Part shown: positions 1-13,400 of the stretch, in pieces
Numbering within the stretch: the stretch's first letter is position 1
Layout: every line of letters starts with the position of its first letter
Assembly (NCBI GenBank): GCA_043228905.1
Contig: JBHGNT010000007.1
Span: 17,732,001 to 17,796,000 of the forward strand
Direction: 5' to 3'
Origin: Azolla caroliniana
Lineage: Eukaryota; Plantae; Polypodiophyta
DNA: 64,000 nucleotides
Position numbers and translations under genes: made by a program
The notes under the pieces: model-generated
Database searches by the model: none
What the model was told of the DNA's origin: nothing
Seen by the model: the letters and a program-made list of their open reading frames with translations, nothing else

Positions 1-582
1 CGCATAAGGAGCGTTGTAGTTCCCGTCACAACAGTATGTATATTACAAGCGAAATAATACAACCATGGCTTTGAGCCGGACCAAGGTAGGTTACGTTACA
101 ACAGTAGTCTGCCGCCAAGCCGCCGTTGGGTGAGCTCTTGGGCTTGTCGCGCCGAGCGGGGTCTTGCACAGGATGCCGAGTAGAAGTAAACCCCCACAGA
201 ACATACAAGCTCTTCACCAGGCCAAAACCCTAAACAGACACGAAGGGGCAGAAGAAGAAGAAGAATACAAGATGAAACCCTAAATGAAATAGGGTGAAGA
301 CCCAAGTACAAACTCTAAGGGAACAAGAATAAGATGAAGAGGAAGAACTCTACCAAATCCTAGACCTAAGTGGTATACCCTCCTAACTCAAAATGGGCAA
401 TCCCTTCACAAGAGGCGCTCCCTTCCTTTTATAGAACAAGGAGAGGGATACGTTACAATGTGGGATAAATACTCCCCCATATTCTATACACCGTTTCCTA
501 CTATACATGTGCACACATTGCACACCACCGACTCGCCGTATTCCACCCCGGTTTCATACTATAGCCGGAATCCTTCACGACA
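1..582 (-). mobile_element. LTR (TGTCGTGA-terminus family), cut by window start
   Basis: Ends ...TCCTTCACGACA at 582. Bases ~360-582 align by eye with the solo LTR at 43065-43615. Confidence 0.75.
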
Positions 583-596
583 ACGTGATGACCTAT

Positions 597-801
597 GGAG
601 GGGGAGCATTGTCATGGCAATCATAATTATTTGAATAGAGAGTCGATTGTTTGAATAGATAATTATTATTATTATCATTATAGCAATCATAATTATCAAA
701 ATAATCAATGATATGTAGCAGTGGCTACAATTGTAAATAGATATATACGATGTATCTGTACATATATATATCTAGGGCAAACAGACGTGAGTGTCTGTGC
801 G

Positions 802-858
<57 letters not shown>

Positions 859-1099
859 GACGCCATAGCTGTGTGCGTAACAACAAACGCCAAGAACTCT
901 GTGTGGTTGATACACTCAAAATCAAAGTGTTGTAATCTCTGTCCTTGACATCCACCGTATAGTGAAGTCTTTCTTCTCCTGTGGTTTTCTCCCATTTTTG
1001 GGTGTCCACGTAAATCTCTATGTACTGTGTCGTTGTGTGGATGTGTTGTGTATTTTCAGTATCGTTCGATCTTGTGGCTTTACGAATCGATTCTCAACA
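597..1099 (+). mobile_element. Copia-type polypurine tract (597-609) plus 3' LTR (610-1099)
   Basis: GGAGGGGGAGCAT directly precedes TGTCATGG at 610, and the LTR ends ...TTCTCAACA at 1099. The internal GGTTTTCTCCC...CCACGTAAA motif is shared, reverse-complemented, with the Copia LTRs at 45531 and 56028. Confidence 0.6.
804..856. repeat. (AG)n microsatellite
   Basis: Direct read. It explains the ERERER/SLSLSL ORFs. Confidence 0.97.
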
Positions 1100-1595
1100 G
1101 TATGTTCCGATAGATCGGCAGACTGCCAACATCTTCACCAAGCCCCTTGGTCTTGACAAGTTGCGGCAATTTTTGGGTGCGCTTGGTTTGCGGTACCTCG
1201 ACGTGCCGAACTTGAGGGGGAGAAAAGACTAGGAAATGAGCGGAAGTGACTGCTATGCCGAGTCGGATGAAGAATTTGATTTCGAGTCGGTTGAAGAAGC
1301 CGAAGGCAAAAACAAGAGCAGCAATCGAAAGGAAAAGCCGGAGACAGTTGAACAAGGGGAAGATAAAGCAAAGGAGGCAGGGATCAAGACATGGTCTGAT
1401 GTGGTCAAGGGCTTGAAGAAAGAAGATGAATTGGAGACAACCAATTCGGGCAAGAGCGGAAACGATTCGGAGATAGCCGATTCGATTCAAATGTTCGATT
1501 CGGAGACTCTGAATCAACTGAAAGCCAAGCGTAGGAGAGGGCAATGGAAGAGGAGCCAACGTCGTGACAGCAAGGGAGCTGAGAAACTAAAGTAA
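1100..1595 (+). pseudogene. pol: Copia element X: RNase H C-terminus and charged C-terminal extension
   Basis: YVPIDRQTANIFTKPLG matches the Copia RNase H end motif (Q.ADIFTK.L). It continues in frame, after one stop, into the acidic/basic ORF 1236-1595. Confidence 0.75.
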
Positions 1596-2509
1596 CACCA
1601 AAAGACTACCTCCTTTCATGCGTCCTTCTCCTCCTAAATAAATTCACTTTCTCTAAAGTTTCCCAATGGATTGTTAACAAGTTCTACGATATACTTATCA
1701 TTGAGGCGCGCTGTCGCGTGGCGCGTGACACACGTGCCAAACGTCGGGATGTGCGTGTCACAAGTGCGGACAAGCGCCGAGCCTTTATCCGCTAGTGGTT
1801 ATGGAGGATTGATGATGGGCGGCTGAAGTGATGCACTAATTTCGTTAGAGTGAGAGAGAGAGAGAGGAAGATGGTCGAGATGAAGGCGACACATTTATGA
1901 TGCATGAAGAGTTACGCTCAGGAGGAGCAAAAGGGGCTACGACAAGTGGTCATGGAAATGCGAAAGGCAATCGAATGATATGGTTGATCGGGTGGAAGGA
2001 ATGCATGTACTAAAAATGGAGGACAAAGGACGACGCGTAAGGAAGGAGGAAATCAAAGACAAACCACCTTTTGACTCCGCCACATCACTCTTTTCTTCTT
2101 GGCACATGCCAGAGGATGTGCGGTTTGGTGGGGGTGGATGTCGTGATGTTCTGTGTCCAATGGGAGAAATTGTGAAATAGTGTGGCTCCACACACATTAT
2201 ACACATGATTATAAATATGAAAATTAGCCTAGGGTCTGATGACATTCAAGTGCATATAGAAGGGTGCAAGCAAGATTTTCTTCTAGGATAGGAAGCAATT
2301 ATCTTACCACTAAAGCTACTACTAAGTGCTTTAGATTTTGTATATTTCCTTCTCATATTTAGTATTCCATAGGAAACAAACATACAAAACCGTGTACACA
2401 AAACCATGGTTTTAGCCTATGGTTTTGTGCATGCCACAAGGAAAACCGTGTGCTTGAAAACCATGGGTTCAAGCCCATGGTTTTGTGTATGTTAGAAGGA
2501 TAGATAAAC
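1596..2509 (+). mobile_element. LTR element Y: 3' internal region, PPT (2127-2138) and 3' LTR (2139-2509) interrupted by element A
   Basis: GGTGGGGGTGGA is followed by TGTCGTGATG at 2139. Bases 2139-2509 are the reverse complement of 41047-41426. Confidence 0.65.
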
Positions 2510-2955
2510 TGTTGTCCGCTGGAATAGTAATCGACGGACAAGAGCATAGGAATAAGAAATAATATAAGATTATAACGCATGTAACGGTTCACGCAGGAAG
2601 CGTGAACGGCTAAAAAGACCCTGCGTATATAAAGGGCAGAAAACCTCTGATAGAGGAGCGTGTAATTTTGGAATGTAAAGAAGCGTATCATAATAGAATT
2701 CTATCTTCTCTGATATCTGTGTATAGCTACGGCTAATATACTGTGTGTCTGGAATACTTGAGAGTGTAGAAGTAAGAACGTGAGCGTGTAACCACTGATA
2801 AAGAGTTCAGTTGTAGCCGTCTCCCTTATACGCTACTAGGTTATGGGGAACATTCCCCTACGTATTACGCACAGACGCCACCATTCGTTGTTTCATAGTC
2901 ACTTGGAGGTCTAGGTCGAAGGACTGACCGCAGGCTGTGTTCCTAATCGGTAACA
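2510..2955 (+). repeat. 5' LTR of element A
   Basis: TGTTG...GGTAACA termini, TATATAAAG box near 2626, matches 40256-40693. Confidence 0.92.
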
Positions 2956-2959
2956 CTTT

Positions 2960-2969
2960 TGGCACGATT
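2960..2969 (+). promoter_or_regulatory. Short primer-binding site of A (tRNA-Arg type)
   Basis: TGGCACGA lies 4 nt after the LTR. Element C has TGGCACGC at the same position. Confidence 0.65.
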
Positions 2970-3009
2970 GGTGATCTGTGTCTTCTCACAGACGAACGAC
3001 GACGAATGA

Positions 3010-6000
3010 ATGTTTAGCCGTAGACGCCCCAGAGAACCAACACGACAAGACCGGCCAATCACAAGGTCCGTCACACGCCAGGCAGAGGAACGCGCACGGC
3101 AAAAGCCTTGCCTAAGCGACCTCAGTACTACATGTCGTGATTACAAAGGTGATTCTTCGCTCCCCAAATACCTCGACGATACATGGGGAACACTCTCACC
3201 ACAACAACACTGTGGTCTTTCCTGACCCGCCGTAGCCCCCAACATGGCCTTTGCCTATCCCCGCTTTAACGGCAAAACCAACGCCGCAACCCATATTCGC
3301 ATGTTCCTCAATGTCTGGAATGCGAACCACATGGCGTAGAGCCTTTCTGAGGTGGTAGCGCACCAGTCGAAAATCACGGAGTTCGGGTTAACATTAGATG
3401 GGCGAGCGGTATTTTGGCATTCACAGATGGATTTACCAGCAATCATGACCTTCGATCAACTGCAGTCCGCCTTCTTGCGGTTCTTCCATCGGAGAGTTCC
3501 ACAACGCGAAATCCTCGGACAGTTCTACACGATTAAGCAACTGCCGACCGAGACGATCGCAGACTTCAGCTTACGTTTCCAAAATTTACGGCGGAAACTA
3601 GAACAGAGCCCCATGGAGGACGAGGCTCGAGAGACATTTCTGGCAGCATTACGCTGACCCATATAGACAACGCTCAACAACAATAGCGTGAAAGGGGAAA
3701 TGACGGATATGGTCATTGAATGAGCGTTATAGCTTGACTTGGACGAGGAGGAGGAAAGGTTTTCTATGTCCTCCTTACGACAAGTATTACCCCAGGATGA
3801 GGAACGACAGTTTCGTCAAGCAATCCAGTGCACGATTTGCTTGAACTCGGGGCATTCTGCAGTGGAGTCCAACATGCGAATCCACTGCCCAATCTGCCAC
3901 TCGAAGGCTCACACAATCGACCAATGCGAATACAATATGTTGAATAGAGCCTCTCCCACAATACGCAGCATGGACACACAACGTCCCCCACACTGTACTG
4001 AACAAAGGAGGCAAGAAGACCGACCACGGTATGTGGAGCGCAACCCACGTAACGACCGGCACCACCGGAATTGTCAAAATCACAATGATTCCGAGGAAGA
4101 CGAACCAGAGGATGAGGATTACCGTGGATCTCCGAGTTATGCTAAAGGGGGCCAACGCTATGAGAATCATTGGTCAACAAAAAAATGTGGCGGCTTCAAT
4201 GGTTATCGTGGGAAGCCGCGGCAATATCGAGACCACCGATGATATGACAAAAGCTCGGGAGATGAGTGACACCAAGAACCACGCCGGGACCAACAGCAAC
4301 CACCGCGTGCGTTCCGACAAACGAGGCCGGACCGTGAGGAGCAAGTCGCTCCAGGGGATCGACACACACCACCAGGAGCAGAGAAGGGTGAATCGAGCAT
4401 CCATTGTTTTGTTTGTCAGCAGTCCGAACATTATGCCACGCAATGCCCAACACGCAAAGGCAAGGGGCCCGCCGTCAATACAATTACGGCGGAAGTACAA
4501 CAAGTCACAACACGCCAACAAACAAAAACGGCTGATTGGGCCGTGCAAGATGAGATACAACGACAAGCCCATGCATGGGTGGAAAAAGCAAACGCAACAA
4601 ATACAGAGCGCATGCGGAAGGAGTCCGTGAATACGATGGAGTGAGCGGAGGACGAAGGACCGGCCCCAGACCCCATTTGGCAGGCATTAGCGGGCTACGA
4701 GATAATGTTAACTATGGAGAAGCTGCTGCAGCTAGTCCCATGCTTCTGCCAGACCATGGAAGAACGGGTGACGGGCATACCCGGGGTGAGCGTCGCTACA
4801 AACCTTACGGATGTTAACGACGGACCGCCTATAGTGGATCATCACAACTCGGCTATTACATGGATATTACACGGACAGGAAATTCCTGGATGCGTAATCG
4901 ATGGCGGCTTAGGCGTTAATGTAATTAACACGAAAACTTGCGAGCAGTTAGGCATTTTAGAATGGGAGGCTTGCCCATTCTAGCTCCGAATGGCAGATAC
5001 CTGCTCAGTACGACCATTGGGGTTAATTTGCAAGATAGGCATTATCGTGGGTGGACATCGCTTCGATATCTCGGTGGTCGTCCTTGCCTTCGACGCCCCA
5101 GGGGTGTAACCCGTGCTTTTGGGCAGACCGTGGCTTCGGGTAGCAAATATCAAGCAGAGCTGGCAACACAAGTGTATCAGTTTTCAACACAGACGCACTA
5201 AGGTTCACGTACCTACAGAAGAAAGCATGGCACAATCCAAGGGTATAACACCATTATACGTAGAAGATATAAATATGCTGGCTGGGGTGGAGGATGCAGA
5301 ATTAGAGGCATACCTAGACGAGCACCCTCAGATTATTCTACTGTTCAAAATCGATGTCATCGCAATCGCGACAGAATATGCCAAGGCCACTATTCTCCAC
5401 GACGAGGCTTACGAACCAAACCCGGAGTCCATATTGGAACTCAGCAGAGCACGGGCGGCATTCGAAAGGGAAATGGAAATTTCACGACGAGTCACCACCT
5501 CCGCCCTGGAAGAAGTAAACATGGGTATGGAGTCAGAACCCCGTTTCCTCTCCATCGCAAAGGAATTAAGGCCGGACCAGAGAAACACGTTGATCGCACT
5601 ACTCAAGAAATATAAAGATGTGTTCGCTTGGGTTCACGAGGACATGAAGGGGTTAGATCCCAAGTTCTATCAACATAAGATCAATTTAGCAACCGACGCA
5701 AAACCTGTCCAACAGCGCTGCTACCGCATGAACCCGAACTACGCGACCCGCGTAAAAGAAGAAATTGACAAACTCCTAAAGGCGGGATTCATACGGACAG
5801 TTAAACAAGCCACTTGGTTAAGTTCGATAGTAGTTGTTCCAAAGAAAAACGGCAAAATACGGGTATGCGTGGATTACCGAAAATTAAACGTCGTAACCAT
5901 TACGGACGCATTCCCGTTACCATTCACCGATAGCGTACTGGATGCTGTCGCAGGACATGAGATGTACAATTTTTTAGATGGCTTTAGTCGGTATAACCAG

Positions 6001-6295
6001 GTAAGCATGCATCCCGATGACCAAGAGAAGACGACATTTTTCACGGACTGGGGAGTCTATGTGGCAGTCATCATGATGTTCAGGCTAAAGACGATGCCAA
6101 CAACATTTCAACGGACAATTACGGAGATCTTTGGGGAATATATTCCGGCGTTCATGCAAGTTTTTTTAGACGACTTTGCGGTATATGGGAGAACAATTGA
6201 CCATTTTACGCATCTACAACTGTGCCGAGAATGTTGCCGCATCGCACGCTTAAGCCTGAATCCCGCGAAATGTGCCTTCGGCGTGACCAACAGGA
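3010..6295 (+). pseudogene. gag-pol: gag-protease-RT of element A, many stops, truncated in late RT
   Basis: Zinc knuckles CTICLNSGH/CPICHSKAH, protease IDGGLGVNVI, RT VVVPKKNGKIRVCVDYRKLN...FLDGFSRYNQ...FLDD. Confidence 0.93.
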
Positions 6296-6692
6296 CTAGG
6301 AAACAGGTCCCTCCAGATGGGAAGTGAGAAGAACAATGTTGATGAGAAAACTCGACTGAGGCTGAGAACCGGATGTGGAGTACCCAACAACGGAAGACCC
6401 GGTGAGAACTGGATGACGAGTACCCGGCAACGGAAGACCCGGTGAGAACCGGATGTGGAGTACCCGGCAACGGAAGACCCGGTGAGAACCGGATGACGAG
6501 TACCCGGCAACGGAAGACCTGGTGAGAACCGGATATGGAGTACCCGGCAACGGAAGACCCGGTGAGAACCGAATGACGAGTGCCCGACAAGGAAGACCCG
6601 GTGGTGTCAGTGTAGTTGTGGTTCGTGCGACGAAGTCACAGGGACTAAGGTTAAGGGGAGTTGAAGGAACTTTTATAAGGCTTGCGCACAAA
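6296..6692 (+). mobile_element. LTR fragment of the same family as solo LTR 56028-56649
   Basis: AAACAGGTCCCTCCAGATGG matches the reverse complement of the 56028-56649 LTR end. It shares CCGGATG..GAGTACCCGG repeats with that LTR. Confidence 0.6.
6361..6600. repeat. 40-bp tandem repeat, about 6 copies
   Basis: Unit GGTGAGAACCGGATGTGGAGTACCCGGCAACGGAAGACCC, read directly. Confidence 0.95.
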
Positions 6693-7532
6693 TGTTAGGA
6701 AGATAAAGGATATGAAGAACAATAGTTTAAAGTAATATGCGTGAGAGAGAGACTAGTATAGATAAAAGATAGAGACAATGTATGATTCAAGAAGCAAGAT
6801 AGAGACAAAGTATGATTTAAGACAAAAAAGTATATGATATGAACATGATGTATATTACGAATACAAGATTTTACCAACTTTACAAAGCTTGGTAACAAGA
6901 TGAACCCTTTCTCTACCGACCCTTGATTCGAACTATTGACTCCAACTTGGAAACACAAGCCTCTTCACCAACAAGCTAACTTGTTTGTTTCTTTGATTAT
7001 CTTATTTTCCTAACTTTCTCCCTTCCCTCTTGTTTCCTTGCCCCTCTTTATATAAGTGTTTCCATGCATATGGTAATGTATGGGAGCATGGCATGCATGC
7101 AATGTGATGCACATGCATTGCATATGATGCATGATGGCTATGTATGAAAATAGATATGTGATAAGTATAATAATGAAGATGCATTCTAAAATAACTAACC
7201 TAGCTTAGTGGTGTATGCTTGGTGCTTGGTATACAAGGTTGAGAGTTCAAGTCTCTCAATTTTACTTAATACAATATATAGCTTCATTCTTATATCATGA
7301 AGCACATTTATTACACAGTTTTACAAATAAATAGCCTAGCCTAGTGGTATGTACATTGTACTTCGTATATAAGGATGTGGGTTCAGGTCTCTCAAATATT
7401 ATTAAATACAACATTTAAGCTCATTTTTATATCGTGAAGCATATTCTTCACGACACCCACCCCCTCTGAACTTGCACATTAGTTGTGCAGAGTTCATCCA
7501 ACACAACACTTCTTCCGATTCTTTTAGTTCTT

Positions 7533-8516
7533 CTACTTCTTCATAAAATTCGGCTCTAATGACTCCCTCTTTTTAAATATTTTAATCCTTTTTCCTGCAA
7601 TTAGGATACGAATTTCTGTCCCATCTAATTCATTGAGGAAATATGTGGCTTTATCTGTTATTTTCCTAACTTCATAAGGTCCAAACCATCTTTTTGCAAA
7701 CTTCCGAATAGTACTATACTGATTATCTAGGCTACTATTATATACTAATACCCAATCTCCCTCTTGCACCTTTCTTGGTCGTATTCTTTTCATCTTGTCA
7801 AATCTGTCCTTATTCTTGATTCTTGCCTCTTTCAATCTAGTATCTGCTTTTTTTATGTCTTCTGTCCTTGATTGAAGTTGTCGTATTCGAACCGCAAGTA
7901 AATCTTCCCTACTCATTTCCGATTCCCAAGGCAACACAACCCATGTAGTTATCTTTTCTTCAATTGGCATTATTTGCTTCTGTCTTGTGATTAATTCTGC
8001 ATGCATATATCCAGTAACAGTGCTGTGAGTTGTCCTATCAGCCCATAGTGCATAGGGTAAGATTTTTGGCCAATCACTAACCCGTCCTCTACATGCCTTT
8101 GCCAAAGCTTTGACTATTGGCCCATGTCCCCTTTCTATCTTTCCATTAGCTTCTGGATTGTATGCTGTTGTCAAAGAAAGCCGAATTCCTAGTTTGTCGA
8201 AAAAATTTTGAGCTTCCGCAGAATTGAGTTCTCCCCTATCTGCCACTATCTTCTCGATACATCCATATCTACAAACAATGTCCTCCAAGATGAATTGACA
8301 TACTCCTAATGTCCCTTTTGTTCGCAATGAATGACCTTCCACTTGATTTGTTAGATCTTCTCTAGCAAGAACCAAGTATCTCTTTTGTCCTACTCCAAGT
8401 GGCATTGTTACCAAATCTATCATCCACTTGTAAAGCACCCCCGGTGAGTATGTTGGGTTTAACTCATCACAAAATTTTATATTTGAATAATATTGACAAG
8501 TGGGACAAGTTTCCAC
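7533..8516 (-). pseudogene. pol: Integrase of element B
   Basis: CPTCQ, WMIDLV, IVADRGE, NGKIERGH (DDE core) and WFGPY. Confidence 0.92.
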
Positions 8517-8638
8517 ATACTTCTTTATTTCCTCATAGTATCAAGGCCACCAAAACCGTTCTTTAATCTTACTGAAAGTGGCCACACTCCTCGATGACCA
8601 GCCCATTCTTTGTCATGCAACTCTCTCATTACCTCCTT

Positions 8639-9525
8639 TCATTGCACTTCAGAACCTATTACTCTTTGCGGGTTTCTAGTCTTGTTCTTTGGATGTCCCC
8701 ATAGATATCCTTCATGCAAAAAGAACTTATGGGCTTTCTTGCGAAACTGCACGAACTCTTTTCCAGATTGACCTTTGTACTTTTCAGGGGTTTGTAGGTA
8801 TTTCCCTATTTCCTTGAATTCTTCTTCATAATCCTCTTCTAGAAACTGCATCCCTCCTTCTCGGGTAATGCTTGTGGCAAGGACTGTTTGCTCTTTGTCC
8901 TCATTATCCGAGTCTGGAATTTCCTCTTCCTTATACCTTGCCCTTGATAACATATCTGCTACTGCATTTTTATTCCCAAAGATATGTCTAACTTTAGGGT
9001 TGACTGATCTAATATAGATACACCATCTTAACATGGCTTGATCTGGAATATCACAATTAGCTATGATACCAAGAATAGGCAAACAATCTGTTTCTATTAT
9101 TACTTCAGCATCGATTAAGTAATCTCTGTCTGTCTTTACTGCTGTTATTATCCCCCATAGCTCTCTTTTCAAATGTGCATATTTTCTTTGTCGACCACTA
9201 AGAACCTTTGATCCGAATCAGACTGGATACCTTTCTTCCCCATCTTGTTGGCTTATCACCCATCCAATTCCAATGGGACTAGAGTCTACTGTGAGATATA
9301 TGGGTCGGGTGTAATCAGGTTGCTTTAATGGTGGAGCTTGTGCTAAGTAGTACTTCAATTTCTTCATTGCCTCTGAATGCTCTTCACTCCATTCAAATGT
9401 CTCTCCTTTTCTTAGGAGTCTATATAAAGGTTCAGATAAATGGGCATAATATGGAATCCATTTACAGTAAAAAACACATACCCCCAAAAACCTTCGTACT
9501 TTTGAGACGGATGTACATTCCTCTT
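8639..9525 (-). pseudogene. pol: RT connection domain and RNase H of element B (stops)
   Basis: VRRFLGVCVF, APPLKQPDY, VDSS, KRELWGI, NAVADMLSR. Confidence 0.88.
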
Positions 9526-9867
9526 GGGTGAAAGCATGCGAGTGGAAACAATTAGCTATATCCTTGACATAGCTAATTAGCTATGCAAAAAGCTACCATT
9601 GATAAATAGTCATTTTAGTAAAAAGCCATCATTAATAAATTAAATATGCAAAAAACTACCATTGAAAATACTAGAGTGTTTTAATTACATATGTAAATGA
9701 GTGCCATAAATGTGCAACATAAACGTGCAACATAAATTGATATGTGCACCATAAATGTGTACCATAAATTATATATCGAATTCCTAGGTCCATTATGCAT
9801 GATCCTTTGCCACATCACGTGGGTTAGTTGCTACCACTGTTGCTAAACCTTATCGAGTCCACCTGCC

Positions 9868-10145
9868 GCCACTCTACACTCAGGGACCGCTACTGTGCAT
9901 TCCAAGCATCATCAAAGAGCTGTTCAATTTGACGGGGTTCTCTTCTCTGTGCCACTCTACACTCAGGGGCCGCTACTGTGCGTTCCAAGCATCATCAAAG
10001 AGCTATTCAACCTGACGGGGTTCTCTTCTCTGTGCCACTCTACACTCAGGAACCGCTACTGTGCGTTCCAAGCATCATCAAAGAGTTGTTCAATCTGACG
10101 GGGTTCTCTTCTCTGTGCCACTCTACACTCAGGGGCCGCTACTGT
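9868..10145. repeat. 83-bp tandem repeat, about 3.3 copies, upstream of the transposase
   Basis: GCCACTCTACACTCAGG recurs at 9868, 9951, 10034 and 10117. Confidence 0.95.
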
Positions 10146-10438
10146 CCAGTCCTGCATTGCTTCCACATTTCGATTTGATGGAGTTCACTCATCCAACGAC
10201 AACATTCTACACTCAGTTGTCGCCATTGGTAGGTCCTGGATCGCCTCCTCAACTGTTCGATCCAACGGAGTGAACTCCTCTACTGTTCGGTCTTGGATTG
10301 CAATAACTTTTCAGTCTATTGATTATCTTGTGTATTGTTGTGTCTAATCTTATGTATTGTGGAATATTTTTGTGTATTGTTGTTGCCCATAGCCATCTTA
10401 AATACTTGTTTTTTTTCCTGGAAATTTAGGGTTTTAAT

Positions 10439-13400
10439 ATGTCCAGCCAAATGGAAGGGGAAGAAGGGTGTTTAGAATTACCCCTCAATGATCATAAGGA
10501 TAGGGATGATGCTATCAGGACACAACAAGCCATACGAAACTATTCGGCAGAAAAGAAAAGGAAACATCGTCAATTGTTGAAGGATACGAAAGCCACACTC
10601 AGTAAAGGTAAGGATAGTTTAGCTGAGAATGTAAGTAATGCGACTACCATCATAGAGAGAAAGGTTGTAGACTATTTCAATGTTCAAACCAAGCACATCA
10701 ACAATGAAGAAAAGAAGGTAGTACTTTATGGAATATGTAATGATCCATCGATAAAGGACTTAGTTGATTGTGATGGTCTTAATGCAAACATATCATCTGT
10801 TTTAGTAAATAATCTTCGTAATAGTTTCGTATCCATGAGCAGGTCAGAAGATGATCTTGTCTTAAAAAGTTCTAGTCTAATGATGTTACTTAATAGTGAT
10901 GTTGATGATATAAACATCAGTGAGCTATCTAAGGTAATTGGTGTTAGTAGAAAAACAGTGTACAATACAATGAACCGTATAATTTCCTCGGGTGAAGGAA
11001 CTAGTCTACTAAAGCTAACTACAAGATGTAAGCCAATGACACCCATAACATTTGAAATCAAGGATGTAATCACAATGTTTTGGACTAATGAGAGTAGGGT
11101 TTCACCCAATAAAAAGGATTTATGCAAGAAACGTGTTGGAAGAAATCAATACGAGGAGCATCCCATTCATCTTCTTGATGTACCTCAGGTATTTACATTT
11201 ATCTCAACATTTGTTTTCACTCTATACGGAAAGTTAATTAGCTTAGTTAGCAGAAAAGCTAATTAGCTTATCAGTTACATTTACCTCAGTTAGCTACTAG
11301 GATAACTGCTACATAGTTTGGCTACTCTCAATAGCTACTACCATGATAGCTAATTAGCTATTCTCAATAGCTAATTTAGTTACTACCAGATAATTAGCTA
11401 CCAAAATAGCTAACTAGCTACTAGGATAGCTAATTTTGTTATTACCAGCTAATTAGCTACTAGGAAAGCTAATTAGCTACCATGATAGCTAATTAGTTAC
11501 TAGGACAGCTAATTAGCCACCATGATAGCTAATTAACTACTAGACCAGCTAATTAGCTACCATGATAGCTAATTAGTTACTAGGAAAGCTAATTAGCTAC
11601 CATGATAGCTAATTAGCTACTAGGACACCTAATTAGCCACCATGATAGCTAATTAGCTACTAGACTAGCTAATTAGCTACCATGATAGCTAATTAGCTAC
11701 TAGGACAACTAATTAGCTACCATGATAACTAATTAGCTACTAGGACAACTAATTAGCTAATTAGCTATCATGGTAGCTAATTAGCTGGTCTAGTAGCTAA
11801 TTAGCTACTAGGATAGCTAATTAGCTACCATGATAGCTAATTAGCTACATTGATAGCTAATTAGCTACTAGGAAAGCTAGTTAGCTACTAGGACAACTAA
11901 TTAGCTACCATGATAGCTAATTAGCTACTAGAATAGCTAATTAGCTACTAGAATAGCTAATAAGATACTAGAACAGCTAATTAGCTACTATAATAACTAA
12001 TTAGCTACTAGGATAGTTAGCTAGTTACGAGAATAACTAATTCCCCTTTATTACGCAGGTCGATTTATTTATTAGGTTCAAACGAATGCATCCAAATATT
12101 AAAGTTCAACTACGAACATTCGAGTCTCTTAAGCCACACTTTGTGAGACGCTTAAAGGATCGATACACATGTTCTTGCATTTACCATGTACAGATGGGTT
12201 TTCTGAAGGACTCTGTTAATCTACTACGTCACCATAACGCATCCCTAACTAATACAGTTTGCACATGTGGATGCCCAATCTGTCGATCAAGCCCGCAAGA
12301 GGAGTGTAAATCATCTGAGCACGTTATCTCTTCCATGAGTTATTTATTAGATTCAATATTGTGTCCGAGAGAAACTGACGCTATCTTCCATATTCATAAA
12401 TGTGTCATGGGTTTATGTCAAGATTGTGGCCCTACTAGATTTAGGTGGTGTCCAAATGAATTGAGTAGTGAAATATTGATCTCTGTGAAGTTATTTGAGT
12501 CAGTGAACACCAATTTCAAAGGAAAGGTGTGTAAAAGAAAGGATCTAGTTCGGAAGATGCTTAAACCAAGGGATTTGGTGTGTCTGTTTGTAGTATCTCT
12601 AGGAAAGTTCATTAAACACAACTTCATTTATTCATGGCAGGCCCATCAGTTTAAGACTTGCATATCTGATTTCCCAAATGATGTAGTAGTCTCAGTAGTA
12701 GATTTCGTAGAGAATTATACTTTCAAGCAGCAGAATGAAATTCAATATATGCATTGGTGTTCAGTTCAGGTAACCATTTTTGTGCACATAACATATTTTC
12801 GAGTTTCAGGTGATGTTGAAAAAGTAATTCATTTCTTTATTTCTGATGATAAGAAGCATGATACCTTGTTCGTCCAATACTGTTTTAAGTTACATTGGTA
12901 GTGGTTATTAGCTCAACGTTTGGAGCTTACTCAACATTGGGTCTGGTCTGATGGAGCTGCGTCACAATTCAAGGCTCAACGTCCATTTTATTTTGTGGGA
13001 AGGTATCCTGCTATAACAGGTTTTTTTGGGTCTGGCCATGGTAAAGGTGAACATGATGGTGCAGGGGCTATTATAAAGCGGGCACTTACCCATGAACAAC
13101 TAAAGACAAATGGTGTGCACATGAATTGTGCATCACATGTAGTTGAATTTTTAAGAACAAATATGTCAACCAGTGCAACAGGTGTTTATTCCTCGCAAGT
13201 CCGAGATATCAAACGTGAATTTTGGGAAGTGAAGATATATGAAGTAAATTGGGAGAAGACCTGGGAGTGCCAAGGAATTCCCGAATTGCGATCTCTGCAT
13301 GCTGTTCGCGGTTATTCCAAGTTGGATGGTCATTGTATTGCGGTTAGAGAATTGACTTGTTTCTGCTTCCATTGTGTGCAGGGAAATTGGAGATATTGTC

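Larger units (their letters stand above)
6693..9525 (-). mobile_element. Ty3/Gypsy element B, 3' half (RH, INT, PPT, 3' LTR 6693-7455); a different lineage from A/C/E/G
   Basis: The LTR starts TGTCGTGAAG on the minus strand at 7455, preceded by the canonical PPT AGAGGGGGTGGG (7456-7467). RH motifs VDSSPIGIGW and ETDCLP. The left LTR edge is approximate. Confidence 0.8.

Noticed and set aside
705-1009. ERERER/SLSLSL ORFs
   Set aside because: Translations of the (AG)n microsatellite.
6361-6600. Regular 40-bp repeats resembling a CRISPR array
   Set aside because: Head-to-tail units with no unique spacers, no cas genes, and located inside an LTR.
7195-7400. Functional tRNA genes (also at 41238 and 61664)
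   Set aside because: No convincing acceptor or anticodon stems. Kept only as tRNA-derived cassettes.
9868-10273. Repeated short ORFs (MRSKHHQR...)
   Set aside because: By-products of an 83-bp repeat whose period is not a multiple of 3.
11240-12040. Palindromic repeat with short variable linkers as a CRISPR-like array
   Set aside because: The linkers are about 6 nt and alternate between two types. It is an intronic minisatellite.
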